Shown piece after piece: positions 1 through 12,610 of a stretch of DNA of 64,000 nucleotides (its first letter is position 1; every line of letters begins with the position of its first letter). Source of the stretch: Felis catus (Eukaryota); assembly GCF_018350175.1 (NCBI RefSeq), contig NC_058373.1:108316001-108380000 (forward strand), given 5' to 3'. Below the pieces are notes generated by a model that saw only the letters and a program-made list of their open reading frames with translations, searched no databases and was not told the DNA's origin. The position numbers and the translations under genes were made by a program.

Positions 1-850
1 CCATGGCTCCATTTTACTACTCCCCTTCAGCAAAACTTTTTGTACAAATGTTCATAGTCACTGTCTCTAATTCCTCACTTTTCTGATTTTATGGTTTGAA
101 TCTGGCTTTTGTCTGTGGCATTCTACTGAAACATCTCCTGTCAAGATTCCAGTGACCTCCATGACACCAAATCCAATAGAAGGCTCTGTCTGTATCCTTC
201 TCCATCTCTTAGCATCATTTGGTGTAATTGGTCCTTTCTCATCTTGAAATACTTCCTTTTCATGGTTTCCATTTATTCATTTGGGTAATTGCTTGACTAA
301 TGCCCCTTTCTCTACCTAGATTCCAAGTTCTGCAAGGGCAAGGGTGAGAGAGAACTTTTTCACTGCTCTATCCCCAGTATCTAGTCCAGTGTCTGGTAGG
401 TAGTAGATTGACAGATATTTGTTACCCGGGCCTTTGGGATGGCATTGCATATTCAGCCACTTTTGTCTCATGTCTACTTGGATGTCTTATAGGTACCTCA
501 CATTCACAAGGTCCTAAATGTTTTGTTATCATATTCTGCACACACTCTCCTCCACTAGTGTGTCCTCTCTCTGTGTGCATGTCTACCATCCATTAATCCA
601 GAAACCTTACCTCCTTCCTCTTCCTCATCCCTGCATCCAATCCATCATGAGTACCTGACCATACCACTGCCTAAGTACCTCTTTAAAACCATCTACCATC
701 CCAATTCTCCTCCTTCTGACCATGTTGAATGTTACTGTAACAGCTTCCAAACTCCTGTTCTGAGTCGTTCTAAACTCTGACATTGCTCCCCTCCAAATGG
801 TTCTCTACACGGCAGCCAAAGGTGGCACTTTTAAAAATACAAATATAATC
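1..850 (+). mobile_element. Ancient L2 LINE fragments
   Basis: L2-like text (ctactgaaacatctcctgtcaag...ccaaatccaat) and an L2 3'-end-like motif at ~315-420 (ctagattccaagttctgcaagggcaagg...cactgctctatccccag). Highly decayed. Confidence 0.6.
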
Positions 851-1396
851 AAATCACCCTCCTATAGCAAGCATTATACCATATACTAGCCTCCAAAATA
901 TAAAAATAGAATTAACATATAGGGTAAGCAAGATAGTGCAGGTCTGCGCTATCAAATACAAAGTATCATGTAATATTTGTATTTAATTTTTGTATCACTC
1001 TTTTCCCAAATCATTAGAACATCCTTTGGATTCTCTACAACTGCTTTTTTAAATTATTTGTTTATATTTTAAAATTTACATCCAAGTTAATTAGCATGTA
1101 GTGCAATAATGACTTCAGGAGTAGAATCCAGTGATTCATCTCCTATGTATAACACCCAGTGCTCATCCAAACAAGTGTCTTCCTCAATGCCCCTTGACCG
1201 TTTAGTCCATACCCCCACCTGCAACCTCTCCAGCAACCCTCAGTTTGTTCTTTATATTTAAGAGTTTCTTATGTCTGTCCACCTCCCTGTTTTTATATTA
1301 TTTTTGCTTCCCTTCCCCTATATTCATCTGTTTTGTATCTTAAATTCCACATATGAAGTCATATAATATTTGTCTTTCTCTGACTGCCTAACTTCA

Positions 1397-1397
<1 letters not shown>

Positions 1398-1443
<46 letters not shown>
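1398..1443. repeat. (AC)n microsatellite inside L1-A
   Basis: About 22 AC units, directly visible. Confidence 0.97.
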
Positions 1444-1444
<1 letters not shown>

Positions 1445-3649
1445 CAATAGCCAAATCTTCTTTATCCATTCATCTGTTGATGGAAATTTTGGCTCTTTTC
1501 ATAATTTGGCTATTGTTGATAGTGCTGCTATAAACATTGGGGTGCATGTGTCCCTTCGAAACAGCATACCTATATCCTCTGGATAAATACCTAGTAGTGC
1601 AATTGCTGGGTCATAGGGTAATTCTATTTTTAATTTTTTGAGGAACCTCCACACTGTTTTCCAGAGTGGCTTGACCAATTTTCATTCCTACCAGCAGTGC
1701 AAAAGAATTCCCCTTTCTCCACATCCTCGCCAACATCTGTTGTTGTCTGAGTTGTTAATGTGAGCCATTCTGACAGGTGTGAGGTGGTATCTCATTGTGG
1801 TTTTGATTTGTATTTACCTGATGATGAGTGATGTTGAGCAGTTTTTCATGTGTCTGTTAACCATCTGGATGTCTTCTTTGGAAAAGTGTCTATTCATGTC
1901 TTTTGCCCATTTCTTCACTGGATTTTTTTGTTTTTTGGATGTTGAGTTTGATAAGTTCTTTATAGATTTTGGATACTAATCCTTTATCTGATATGTCCTT
2001 TGCAAATATCATCTCCCATGCCATCGGTTGCCTTTTAGTTTTGCTGATTGTTTCCTTCAATGTGCAGAAGCTTTTTAACTTGACAAGGTCTCAATAGTTC
2101 ATTTTTGCCTTTGTTTCCCTTGCCTTTGGAGACGTGTTGAGTAAGAAGTTGCTGCGGCCAAGATCAAAGAGGTTTTGCTGCTTTCTCCTTGAGGATTTTG
2201 ATGGCTTCCTGTCTTACTTTTGGGTCTCTCATCCATTTTGAGTTTATTTTTGTGTATGGTGTAAGAAAGTGGTCCAGGTTCATTCTTCTGCGTGTCGTTG
2301 TCCAGTTTTCCCAGTACCATTTGCTGAAGAGACTATCTTTATTCTATTGGATAGTCTTTCTTGCTTTGTCAAAGATGAGTTGGCCACACATTTGTGGGTC
2401 CATTTCTGGATTCTCTATTCTGTTCCATTGATCTAAGTGTCTGTTTTTGTGTCGTTTCCACACTGTCTTGATGATTACGGCTTTGTAATACATCTTGAAG
2501 TCCGGAATTGTGATGCCTCTAGCTTTGGTTTTCTTTTTTGGGATTGCTTTGGCTATTTGGGGTCTTTTCTGGTTCTATACAAATTTTAGGATTGTGTGTT
2601 CTAGCTCTGTAAAGTATGCTGGTATTCTTTTGATAGAGATTGCATTGAATATTTAGATTTCTTTGGGTAGTATCAACATTTTAACAATATTTATTCTTCC
2701 AATCCATGAACATGGAATGTTTTTCCATTTTTTTTTTTTTGGTCTTCTTTGATTTCTTTCATAAGCTTTCTACAGTTTTCATTGTATAGATTTTCACCTC
2801 TTTGGTTAGGTTTATTAGGTATTTTGTGGTTTTTGGTGACATTGTAAATGGGATCGATTCCTTGATTTCTCTTTATGTTGCTCATTATTGATATATAGAC
2901 TTGCAACCAATTTCTGTGCGTTGATTTTAGATCCTGTGACTTTGTTGATTTCATGGATCAGTTCTAGCATGTTTTCGATGGAATCTTTTAGGTTTTCCAT
3001 ATAGAGTATCATGTTGTTTGCAAAGGGTGAAAGTTTGACTTCCTTCTTACTGATTTGGATGCCTTTTATTCCTTTGTGTTGTCTGATTGCTGAGGCTAGG
3101 ACTTCCAATACTGTGTTTAATAACAGTGGCGAGAGTGGACATCCCTGTCTTGTTCCTGACCTTAGGGGGAAAGCTGTCAGTTTTTCCCCATTAAGGATGA
3201 TATTACTGGTGGGTCTCTCATATATGGCTTTTATGATCTTGAGGTATGATCCTTCTATCTGTTCTTTCTTGAGAGTTATTATCAAGAAAGGTTTGTGTAT
3301 TTTGTTGAATGCTTTCTCTGCGTAATTGAGAAGATCATGTGGTCCTGTCCTATCTTTTATTAATGTGATGTATCACATCGATTTATTTGCAGATATTGAA
3401 CCAACCTTGCATCCCAGGTATAAATCCCACTTTTAATATATTGTTGGATCTGGTTGGCTAGTATTTTGTTGAGGGTTTTTGCATCCATGTTCATCAGGGA
3501 GATTGGTCTGTAGTTTTCCTTTTTCGTGAGGTCTCTGTCCGGTTTTGGAATCAAGGTAATGCTGGCCTCATAGAATGAGTTTGGAAGTTTTCCTTCCATT
3601 TCTATTTTTTTTTTTGGAACAGCTTCAAGAGAATAGGTGTTAACTGTTC

Positions 3650-3861
3650 TTTTTTTTTTTTTAACATTTATTCCTTCTTTGAGAGACAGGGACAGCGTGA
3701 GCAGGGGAAGGACAGAGAGAGGGGGAGACACAGAATCTGAAGCAGACTCCAGGCTTGGAGCTGTCATCACAGAGCTGAACGTGGCACTCAAACTCATAAA
3801 CTGTGAGATCATAATTTGAGGGGAAGTCGAACACTTAACAAACTGAGCCACCCAGGCACCT
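3650..3861 (-). mobile_element. CAN-SINE (SINEC) in L1-A ORF2
   Basis: Poly-T tail, (GA)n linker, tRNA-like head ending ctgagccacccaggcacc. Confidence 0.95.
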
Positions 3862-3874
3862 CATCTCTTCTTTA

Positions 3875-4092
3875 TATTTTTTATTTAAAATTTTTTTAAA
3901 CATTTATTTATTATTGAGAGACAGAGCGTGAACAGGGGAGGGGCAGAGAGAGAGGGAGACACAGAATTGGAAGCAGGCTCTAGGCTCTGAGCTGTCACCA
4001 CAGAGCCCGACACAGGGCTCGAACTCACAAACTGCAAGATCATGACCTGAGCGGAAGTCAGATGCTTAACCGACTGAGCCATCCAGGTGCCC
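3875..4092 (-). mobile_element. CAN-SINE, tandem with the previous one
   Basis: Same architecture; TSD atctcttcttta at 3863-3874 and 4093-4104. Confidence 0.95.
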
Positions 4093-5644
4093 ATCTCTTC
4101 TTTAAATGTTTGGTAGAATTCCCCTGGAAAGCCATCTAGCCCTGGACTCTTGGTTTTTGGGAGATTTTTGATTACTAATTCAAATTCTTTACTGGTTATG
4201 GGTTTGTTCAAATTTTTTATTTCTTCCTTTTTCAGTATTGGTAGTTTATATGTTTCTAGGAATTTGTCCATTTCTCCCAGGTTACCCAATTTATTGGCAT
4301 ACAGGTGCTCATAATATTCTCTTAATATTGTTTGTATTTCTGCAGTATTGTTTGTGATCTCTCCTCTTCATTCTTGATTTTATTTATTTGGGTCCTTTCC
4401 TTTCTCTTTTTGGCCTAGCTGGATAGGGGTTTCAATTTTGTTAATTCTTTCAAAGAACCAGCTCCTGGTTTCATTGATTAGTTCTGGCTTTTTTTTTTTT
4501 TTTTTTTGATAGCATTGACTTCCACTCTAATTTTTATTATTTCCCATCTTTTTCTGGTTTTGGATTTTATTTGCTATTCTTTTTCCAGCTTTTTAAGGTG
4601 TAAGGTAAAGTTGTATATCTGAGACCTTTCTTTCTTCTTTAGGAAGGTCTGTATTTCTATAAATTTCCCTTCTTATGACTGCCTTTGCTGCACCCCAGAA
4701 GTTTTGGGCTGTGGTGTTATCATTTTCATTGGCTTCCATGCACTTTTTAATTTTCTCTTTAACTTCTTGGTCAACCCATTCATTCTTTAGTATGATGTTC
4801 TTTAGTCTCCAAGTATTTGCTATCTTTCCAAGTTTTTTCTTGTGGTTGATTTCAAGTTTCACAGTGCTGTGGTCTGAAAATATGCACAGTATGATCTCAA
4901 TCCTTTTGTACTTGTTGAGGGCTGATTTGTGTCCCAGTAGGTGACCTATTCTGAAGAATGTTCCATGTGCCCTGGAGAAGAATGTGTATTCTGCTGCTTT
5001 AGGATGAAATATTCTGAAAAATTTGTAAAGTTCATCCATTCCAGTGTGTCATTTAAAGCCGTTGTTTCCTTGTTGATTTTCTGCTTAGATGATCTGTTCA
5101 TTGTTGTAAGTGGGATGCTGAAGTCCCCTATGATTATGGTATTATTGTCAATTAGTTTCTTTATGCTTGTAATTAATTAATTTAAACATTTGTGTGTTTC
5201 ACATTGGGGGCATAAATATTTACAATTGTTATGTCTTCTTGGTAGATAAACCCCTTAATTGTGATACAATGCCCTTTTTGTCTCTTGTTACAGTCTTTAT
5301 TTTAAAATCTAGATTGTCTGATACAAGTATGGCTACTCCGGCTTTCTTTTGGCGACTGTTGGCATAATAGATGTTTCTCTATCCCCTTTCAATCTGAAGG
5401 TGTCTTTAGGTCTAAAGTGGGTCTCTTGTAAACAACAAATAGATGGATCTTGTTTTCTTATCCATTCTGTTACCCTATGTATTTTGACTGGAGCATTTAG
5501 TCCATTAACTTTTAGAGTGAGTACTGAAAGATATGGACTTATTGCCATTGTGTTGCCTGTAGAGTTGGTAGTTTCTGGTGGTGTTCTCTGTTCCTTTCTA
5601 GTCTTTGTTGCTTTTGGTCTCTTTTTGTTTCTTCTTTTCTCCCC

Positions 5645-6511
5645 TCATAGAGTCCCCCTTAAAATTTCTTGCAGGGCTGGTTTAGTGGTTACGAACTCCT
5701 TTAGTTTTTGTTTGTCCGGGAAACTCTTTATCTCTCCTTCTATTTTGAATGACAGTCTTGCTGGATAAAGAATTCTTGGCTGCATATTTTTGTGGTTCAA
5801 CATGTTGAATATATCCTGCCACTCCTTTCTGGCTTGTCAAGTTTCTGTAGATAGGTCTGCTGTAAATCTGATCTGTCTTCCCTTGTAGGTTAAGGACTTC
5901 TTTTTCCTTGCTGCTTTTATAATTTTTTCCTTGTCTGTGTATTTTGTGAATTTGGCTATGATATGCCTTGTTGATGGTTTTGGTATTTGTGGAATCTAGT
6001 GGGAGTTCTCTGTGCTTCCTGGATTTTGATGTCTGTATTCCCCCAGATTAGGAAAGTTTTCTGCTGTGACTTTCTCACACAACCCTTCTACCCCTTTTTC
6101 TCTCTCTTCATTTTCTCGGACCCCTACAATTCTGATGTTGTTCCTTTTTAATGAGTCACTGATTTCTATAATTCTTATATCGTGCTCTTTTGCTTTAGTT
6201 TCCCTCTTTTTTTCTGCTTCATTATTCCCCATAAGTTTGTCTTCTCTATCACTGATTCACTGCTCTACTTTATCCATTCTTGCCGTCACAGCATTCATTT
6301 GAGATTGCATCTCTGTTATTGCATTTTTAATTTTGTCCTGACTAGATTTTACTTCTTTTATATCTGCAGAAAGGGATTCTATGTTTTTTTCAACCCCAGC
6401 TGGTATTCTTATTATTGTGACTCTAAATTCTGGCTCAGACCTCTTGCTTATGTCTGTGTGATTAAGTCCCTGGCTGCCATTTCTTCCTGTTCTTTCTTTT
6501 GGGGTGAATTC
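5645..6511 (-). pseudogene. L1-A ORF1 remnant lacking its start codons
   Basis: EISDSLKRNNIRIVGVRENEEREKG..AENFPNL; ends EILRGTL-stop at 5645-5647. Begins abruptly at GAATTC (6511), with no ATG ATG AAA CAA as in copy B. Confidence 0.9.
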
Positions 6512-6648
6512 CTGCTGAGTTCTGTGGCTTAAGTTATGCAGATTATTGTGTTAGTCCTCAGATCAATTTTCTAGGTGTGCAAAATGGTTTGGTGCTGATC
6601 TAGCTGCATTTCAAGGATGAAAGAAGCAGAGAATTTCCATGCTGCTCT

Positions 6649-6658
6649 GCCATCTTGG
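6649..6658 (-). promoter_or_regulatory. YY1-type motif at the L1-A 5' terminus
   Basis: Minus strand CCAAGATGGC about 12 nt from the element start, as in mammalian L1 promoters. Copy B has the variant CCAAGATAGCG at ~18952-18962. Confidence 0.65.
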
Positions 6659-7729
6659 CCCCTCCCCCCTGGATTTCTCTATAACTAGTATATCTTCTAC
6701 AAATATTGACCCATCAGGCACTCTCTATTTCTGAACTTATCTTTTCTTCACATTGAAGCCTGTAGACTCTGAGTAACAGAGGGCAGATTTGTATTAATCA
6801 CTGGAAAGGAATGTAATAGCAGAATTAGTTATCTGGGGTTGATGCACAACTTGGCAATTCAGTTATCAACAAGAATTCTTGTAAAAACATTAAAAAGAGA
6901 ATTCCTCAAGCTACCCACGTTAATATTAAAGATTGTTTTTGTGATCCAAGGAAGTGAATTTTGTATTACTAAATGCCCTGTGCTTCAGCCAGTGATATTT
7001 AGATAGCCTACAACAAAACCACGACCTAGATTTAAAATGGTAATTAAATAGCTTCTCTTCTCTACTGGTTGGTACCTAAGTAGTTGCTTGCAGAAAAGCT
7101 TGACCAATTGAAGGACCAAGTTGAAAAGTCTGTTTTTTTTGATGACGTGCATAGTTTTTAAATTGGAGAGCAACAAGGCGTGACTACTTTCCTGTTTCCA
7201 GAATTAGCAAGAGTAGCAGGACAAGATTAATAGGTGGCTTCATTATGCCTAAGAAATTGACTGGATTTTTTTTCCTTCAGAAAATAATTGCTTTTCTGGA
7301 GTGCAAAAAGCTTTTGCTCATTCAGTGTCAAGATCTGTAATGCTGATTGGGGGATGAAGTCACTCTTCCCACTGTTTGTAGGGCAGAAAGTCAATAAATG
7401 TGATTGGCGGCTTTGTGCAACATTGAAAAGTCTCCAGCAGATTTCTCACTTGGGACCCACTAAAAACCAGAGGACTCCAGGAGACAGTCAAACTGTCCTC
7501 TTTTGACATAGGGCCATAAACATAATGGAATTATTTATTCCATGAAAGATTTGAACAAAATAATCTTTACTGATTTCTTTGGTTGGGCCATGACCTGCCT
7601 TTTTTTTTTCCTTCTTAGGGGTTATTGTTTGAGAAAGTTTCATTAGAAATACATTATGTGTCTAACGTTGTGTAGCAAAATACCATATTTAAATGGGCCC
7701 AGGGAGGTAATGGAATGGAATGCTTAAGT

Positions 7730-7885
7730 TCATGAGCTCTTGACTCAGAGTTATGGATACAAATTTTGACTCACCTGTTTGTATGATCTTGGGTGAGTAA
7801 CATACCTACTCTGCCTCAGTTTCTTTTTCTGTAAAATGGGGGGAAGATGATAGTATCTCCTACAGAGGATTTTTGTGATAATCAC
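7730..7885 (+). mobile_element. MIR
   Basis: Core ctctgcctcagtttc..ctgtaaaatgggg. Confidence 0.75.
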
Positions 7886-8617
7886 ATTTACATGACAGTA
7901 ACCATTTTCAGTAGAGAAAGATCAAGAAGATGAAGGACATTGTTCTGTTTTGGGTTAGGAGGAACATGAGCATACCTTCTGTCTCCTTCTACCTTTAATT
8001 TCAGATGTTGGAAGAGTGGATGGGTATCTTTGGTAGAAGTGTAGAAGGTGGGAATGTTCGAAGACCTTGTGACCTTGGGTAGTTTGGGTTGGTGGATTTG
8101 AGGGAGGACTATTGCCTTAAAAAAAGGAGGGGCCAGGGTGAGTTCTGGAGCTGTGGGTGTGGAGCAGGGCATGGGAATAAGAGAGAAGGGGTATTGTTTT
8201 TTTTTTTTTCAATGCCTATTGCATTTCATAGGTTAATAAGAGACACAAGAATTAAGGTTCACTACCTTGTCCAAAGTGGAGGGGCTACATTGGTCCCTTG
8301 GGTCCCCTGAGTGTGGAGTTTCAGATGAAGGAAGGAGTTGGGTCATTTTAAATCTCATCAGGAATTCTTTCTTAATGACATTTCCTTCCCCCTCAAACAA
8401 AACAAAACAAAACAACAAAACAAAACAAACAAAATGAAAGCACTCAACCTTCTATAGAAAATACAATTTTTGAATACCTTGGAGATGTCTTGAGATGTAA
8501 AATCGCATCCCTTGGGTTGTGGGTTTTGTTTGTTTGTTTGTTTGTTTTCTTCAAATAAATCTGATCTTTAAAGTTCAAAAAACTAATTAATAAAAAAATA
8601 AAAAAAGTACAATTTTT

Positions 8618-8827
8618 GGAGTGCCTGGGTGGCTCAGTTCATTGAGTGTTTGACTTAAGCTCAGGTCATGATCTCGTAGTCTGTGAGTTCAAGCCCCACA
8701 TGAGGCTCTGTGCTGATAGCTCAGAGCCTGGAGCCTGCTTCGGATTCTGTGTCTCCCTCTCTTTCTGCCCCTTCCTGCTCATGCTATGTCTGTCTCTCTC
8801 TTGAAAATAAACATTAAAAAAAAAAAA
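8618..8827 (+). mobile_element. CAN-SINE
   Basis: ggagtgcctgggtggctcag head, CT linker, aataaa and A tail; TSD tacaatttt on both sides. Confidence 0.95.
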
Positions 8828-10128
8828 TTACAATTTTCACTTTTTAGAAAAAAAACTGAGCTCTTTGTCTACAATCCTTTTATCTGGATCCTGATTTTTA
8901 TAAAGCCTTAAAATTCATTGATACATGAAAAACTAAGGGCACTGTTGACAGGAATTTTATATATTAGTAAATTATGCATAAGAGTAGCAGAAAAAAAAAA
9001 CCAAGCCTCTGGGATTGCATGGAACAGTTTCCTGGCTGTGGTTCTGTGAGTGAATGGTAGAGGGCTGACAGTGTGTGGGTGGTGGCTGGTGAATGAGAAA
9101 AACTAACTTGGCGGGGTTGATTTTTCTCTTTGAAAAAGACCTTGTGCCCAAATGTCATACATATCATTTTGCTTGAATGGATATGAAATACGCTGACAAA
9201 ATAAATGTAGGTCCCTAGAGTGCAGGGACTCCCTGTTGGTGACTCTACCTCAGGTGCTTTCACTAAGAGGGGGGTGACATTTGCCTCCCAGCTGTGAAAC
9301 TGCTCCATTGGCTTTCATTAAAATACCTTCTTTCTTTTGCCTCTTAAAATTCTACTGATTGCTTAATTTTTCTTCTGGCTCTAGAGAAAGCCAGTGTTTT
9401 ATTCCCTGATATGTATTTGACAAGTGGATCCTTTGATTTACCTTCTAACCCCTCCTTCTAGAATATATACCCACATGTTCATACATGTAATCTCTCTGTC
9501 TTTCTGTGTCTCTGTGTCTCTTTCATCTGTTCTTTATGACAAGCACATTTTCATCTTTTTATCTCCCTTGGAAATTTGAACATTGACTTTCATTTTAAGC
9601 CAATTGTTTCTTGCTTCTACTTTTGAGGATATGATGTTAGCAGGATTCAGAACAAGGAACCTTAGCTCTCTGTTGACTCACATTGGGTGATTTGAGTGGC
9701 AGCTGTTGGAGCTGGAATCCTGTGGGATCAGGTTCATGTGCCTTAGTAGCTGCTACTACAATGTTGAGAGCTATTTCAGGGCTGTAGGGGTGGACACCTG
9801 GGACGTTGCAGAATACTAAATGATTATGTGAAAGACAGAAACAAGGCACTTTGCATCAGGAAAAGGTGATAAAGACAGAACAACCTATTAGAATAGGGAA
9901 CAAGATGAAAAGGGAGGAAAGAATTGGCCAGAAACCATGATAGAATGTAGTCACAGGCTAGGAGAGGATTGAAGAAGTCAATGGGGACATACCAAAAGGA
10001 TAAGTTGATAGAGATGCTTTGAATATTGAAAATTCTCATTTTGTGAAAAAGCAGTTAATTTGTTTTTGTTGACTTTATTACATAATTTTGTGTCCATGTT
10101 TTGACAATTACACATTGCTTTCAGGTAC

Positions 10129-10330
10129 TTTTTTAAATGTTTACTTATTTTTTGAGAGACAGAGAGACAGAACACGAGTGGTGGAGGGGCAAAGAGAGAG
10201 CGAGACACAGAATTTGAAGCAGGCTCCAGGCTCTGAGCTGTCAGCGCAGAGCCCAACGCGGGGCTTGAACTTGAGATCATGACCTGAGCTGAAGTTGGAC
10301 GCTTAACCAACTGAGCCACCCAGGCATCCC
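10129..10330 (-). mobile_element. CAN-SINE
   Basis: Typical body; TSD ctttcaggtactttt / ctttcatctactttt. Confidence 0.95.
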
Positions 10331-10489
10331 TCTTTCATCTACTTTTAAGGTTTTGGAAAATATGAAGAAAAAAAAAATTCCTGTGGTGAGTGACAAGACC
10401 CTGATTAAATTGGATAAATGGAAAAGAGAATTTGACTCCAGGGGTGAGGCTATTTTAGTAGGACCCAGGGACTCAAATATGATCTCACC

Positions 10490-10965
10490 TATTTCTCTCC
10501 CTCCTTCTCTTCTCTCTTCCCCTGCTCTCCCTTTCTCCTTTCCTCTGTCTCTCTTTCTGCATCCCTCCCCATCCCTTAACCATTAATTCTCTCCTCTACT
10601 TTTCCCTTGGCTTTCTCTCCCTCTGACTCTACCCCCATTCTTCGCTCCCCTACCCCATCCCTCACCTCTTCTCCCCTCTCTCTCTTTCTGTCAATGTCTC
10701 TCTCTGTGTCCCTACTCATTTTGCTCTCTGATTCTACTCCCTCTGCTGCATTCATTCCTACTGCCCCTGCCCCTCAGCTTTGACTTGTCACCTCCCCTGC
10801 CTCATGTCCTTCACACTTCACACACCTTTCTCTCTTTGCCCAGCCTTTGCTACCTCCTGCTCCCCTGGCCACCCTTTGTCTCCCTGCCTCTATTCTCTCT
10901 CTTGCTCTGCCACCCACCCCCTTTCTTTCCTTTCCAGTCCTCTTACTGCCACTGTCCACCCCTCT
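10490..10965. repeat. CT-rich low-complexity polypyrimidine tract
   Basis: About 475 bp dominated by C/T on the + strand. Confidence 0.85.
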
Positions 10966-11394
10966 TATAGTTCTGGTGTCCTATATGCTAACTTTATTCT
11001 AGGGCAGACTCTTCTTTATAATGAACTTGTGGCTGCTTCAGACTTAACATTATCCAGCTTAGCCTTCCCAGGGGAAAAAGAGTTTCTTTTTCACAAGTTT
11101 TAGAAAAGAAGTCCCAGGATTTGCCTCTTATTTGGCTCTGTGGGGCTAGAATATGCAGACAGGCCTCAGAGCTGAGGAGGGGTGCTGATACCCCTTTTAG
11201 AACCATGGGGACTGAAGTTCAGGAAGATCAAGGTGCTAGAGAAGGAGTGTTGGAAATTGGATTCAGAAGAAAGAAGAAAGGGTATTGGATCCTGGACAGG
11301 CAAAAAATAATGTTCCACTGCTATTACTACTGGTCAGTCTACTGACTAGGAGTAGTGTACTGAAAATATCCTTAACATTATGATACAAATTAAA

Positions 11395-11606
11395 TTTTTT
11401 AAAAGATAATTTTATTTTTGAAAGAGAGAGACAGACAGACAGACAGACAGAACATGAGCAGAGGAGGGGCAAAGAGAGATGGAGACACAGAATCTGAAAT
11501 AGGCTCCAGGCTCTGAGCTTTCAGCACAGAGCCTGATGCAGGGCTTGAACCCACAAATTGTGAGATCATGACCTAAGCTTAACTGACTGAGCCATAGAGG
11601 TGCCCC
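11395..11606 (-). mobile_element. CAN-SINE with (GACA)n linker
   Basis: gagacacagaatctgaaataggctccaggctctgagc body. Confidence 0.93.
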
Positions 11607-11689
11607 TGTTACGATCTAAATTTAAAAAGCTATGACAAGCAACCTAAAAATCTTAGGAGGATGCAAAATAAAGATTTGTTTTCCAGTTT

Positions 11690-11960
11690 ACCACAGTCCA
11701 GTGCAGAGAGGGTGGCCTTCCATAAGGCTTCCCTCAATGTGACAACTCAGGGATTATGATTCTTATTAGGGCACTGCTGTGCCAGAGTCTTTCACTTCCA
11801 GCTGTGTGAGTGGGAGGGAAAGGTTTTATGGCCACACTCGGATAGTATACAGAATTTCGGCCCACATCCCACTGGCCAGAACCCAGTCCGCTGTTCCCAC
11901 TCTACCTATAAGGGATGCTAAGAATTTAATGCTTTTATGTGCCCAGAAAGAAAATGAACA
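11690..11960 (-). mobile_element. Old MaLR (MLT1-type) LTR fragment
   Basis: cccacatcccactggccagaacccagtc..aagggatgctaagaatttaat resembles MLT1J/K/L. Confidence 0.45.
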
Positions 11961-12169
11961 GGGTCTGGGGAACACATGCACTGTTAAGGTCATAGCTTGT
12001 CTGGATACATGACTGGAGGGCCAGTAGCCAGAACTGAAACAATAGAAAGGTAATGTTGGGCATGTATGAGATAGGTATATATGCTTTCTTCTGAAATGCC
12101 TTCCATACTTTCTTTAGATCTAAGCCTTATCCTGAAATTCTCCTTTTTTCGTGAAGCCTTCCAATATGG

Positions 12170-12610
12170 CACTGTATTTAAGAGCTTGGACTTTGGAACC
12201 AGTCATGCGTTAAAGCCCAGCTTCCCCATATTCTAGGGGTAGTATTGAGCAAATTAGCCTGAGTCCTTGTTTCCTCTCTCATATACTGTGCAAGAAAATA
12301 TCATTAATAATAATCCAAATTTTAAAAGCTTTCAAATCACTTTGGTAGTTGTGCCTTTTTCTTTTTATAGCTGTGATTTTACTTAGCAACTCAGTGAGGC
12401 TCAGCAAGTCAGTGGTACATCTGGGCGTGGGCTGCACTGTAGGCTCCCATTCTCTATCCACTAGAGTCTTCCAGTTTCATAGCTAAAGAGAAGTTCATCG
12501 GTCACTCATTCCGTTTTCCAGAAGAGGAAACTGAGGCCCCGAGAGGATATTTGCCCATGCATGCAGGCACACGGCAGGCTGGTGGCAGAGCTGGAGTAGA
12601 TCTCTCATCT
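12170..12610. mobile_element. Two MIR fragments in opposite orientations
   Basis: ttaagagcttggactttggaaccag (+) and gaggaaactgaggccccgagagg (-). Confidence 0.65.

Larger units (their letters stand above)
1375..5548 (-). pseudogene. L1-A ORF2 remnant (APE endonuclease and reverse transcriptase), frameshifted and interrupted by two SINEs
   Basis: Fragments MAISPYLSVLTLKVNGLNAP..CCLQETH (EN start), FSDHS (EN), [49 protein letters not shown] (degenerate FADD). Confidence 0.93.
1045..6670 (-). mobile_element. LINE-1 copy A (carnivore L1), 5' end retained, most of 5'UTR missing, inactive
   Basis: T-rich tail at ~1045, 3'UTR, ORF2 and ORF1 remnants, G-rich 5' terminus with YY1-like motif. Degenerate TSD ggattctctacaact (1028-1042) / ggatttctctataact (6671-6686). 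Confidence 0.95.

Noticed and set aside
2815..5548. RT and endonuclease ORFs as a functional or novel reverse-transcriptase system
   Set aside because: Ordinary L1 ORF2 pieces with frameshifts, stops, SINE insertions and a degenerate catalytic motif (FANN instead of FADD).
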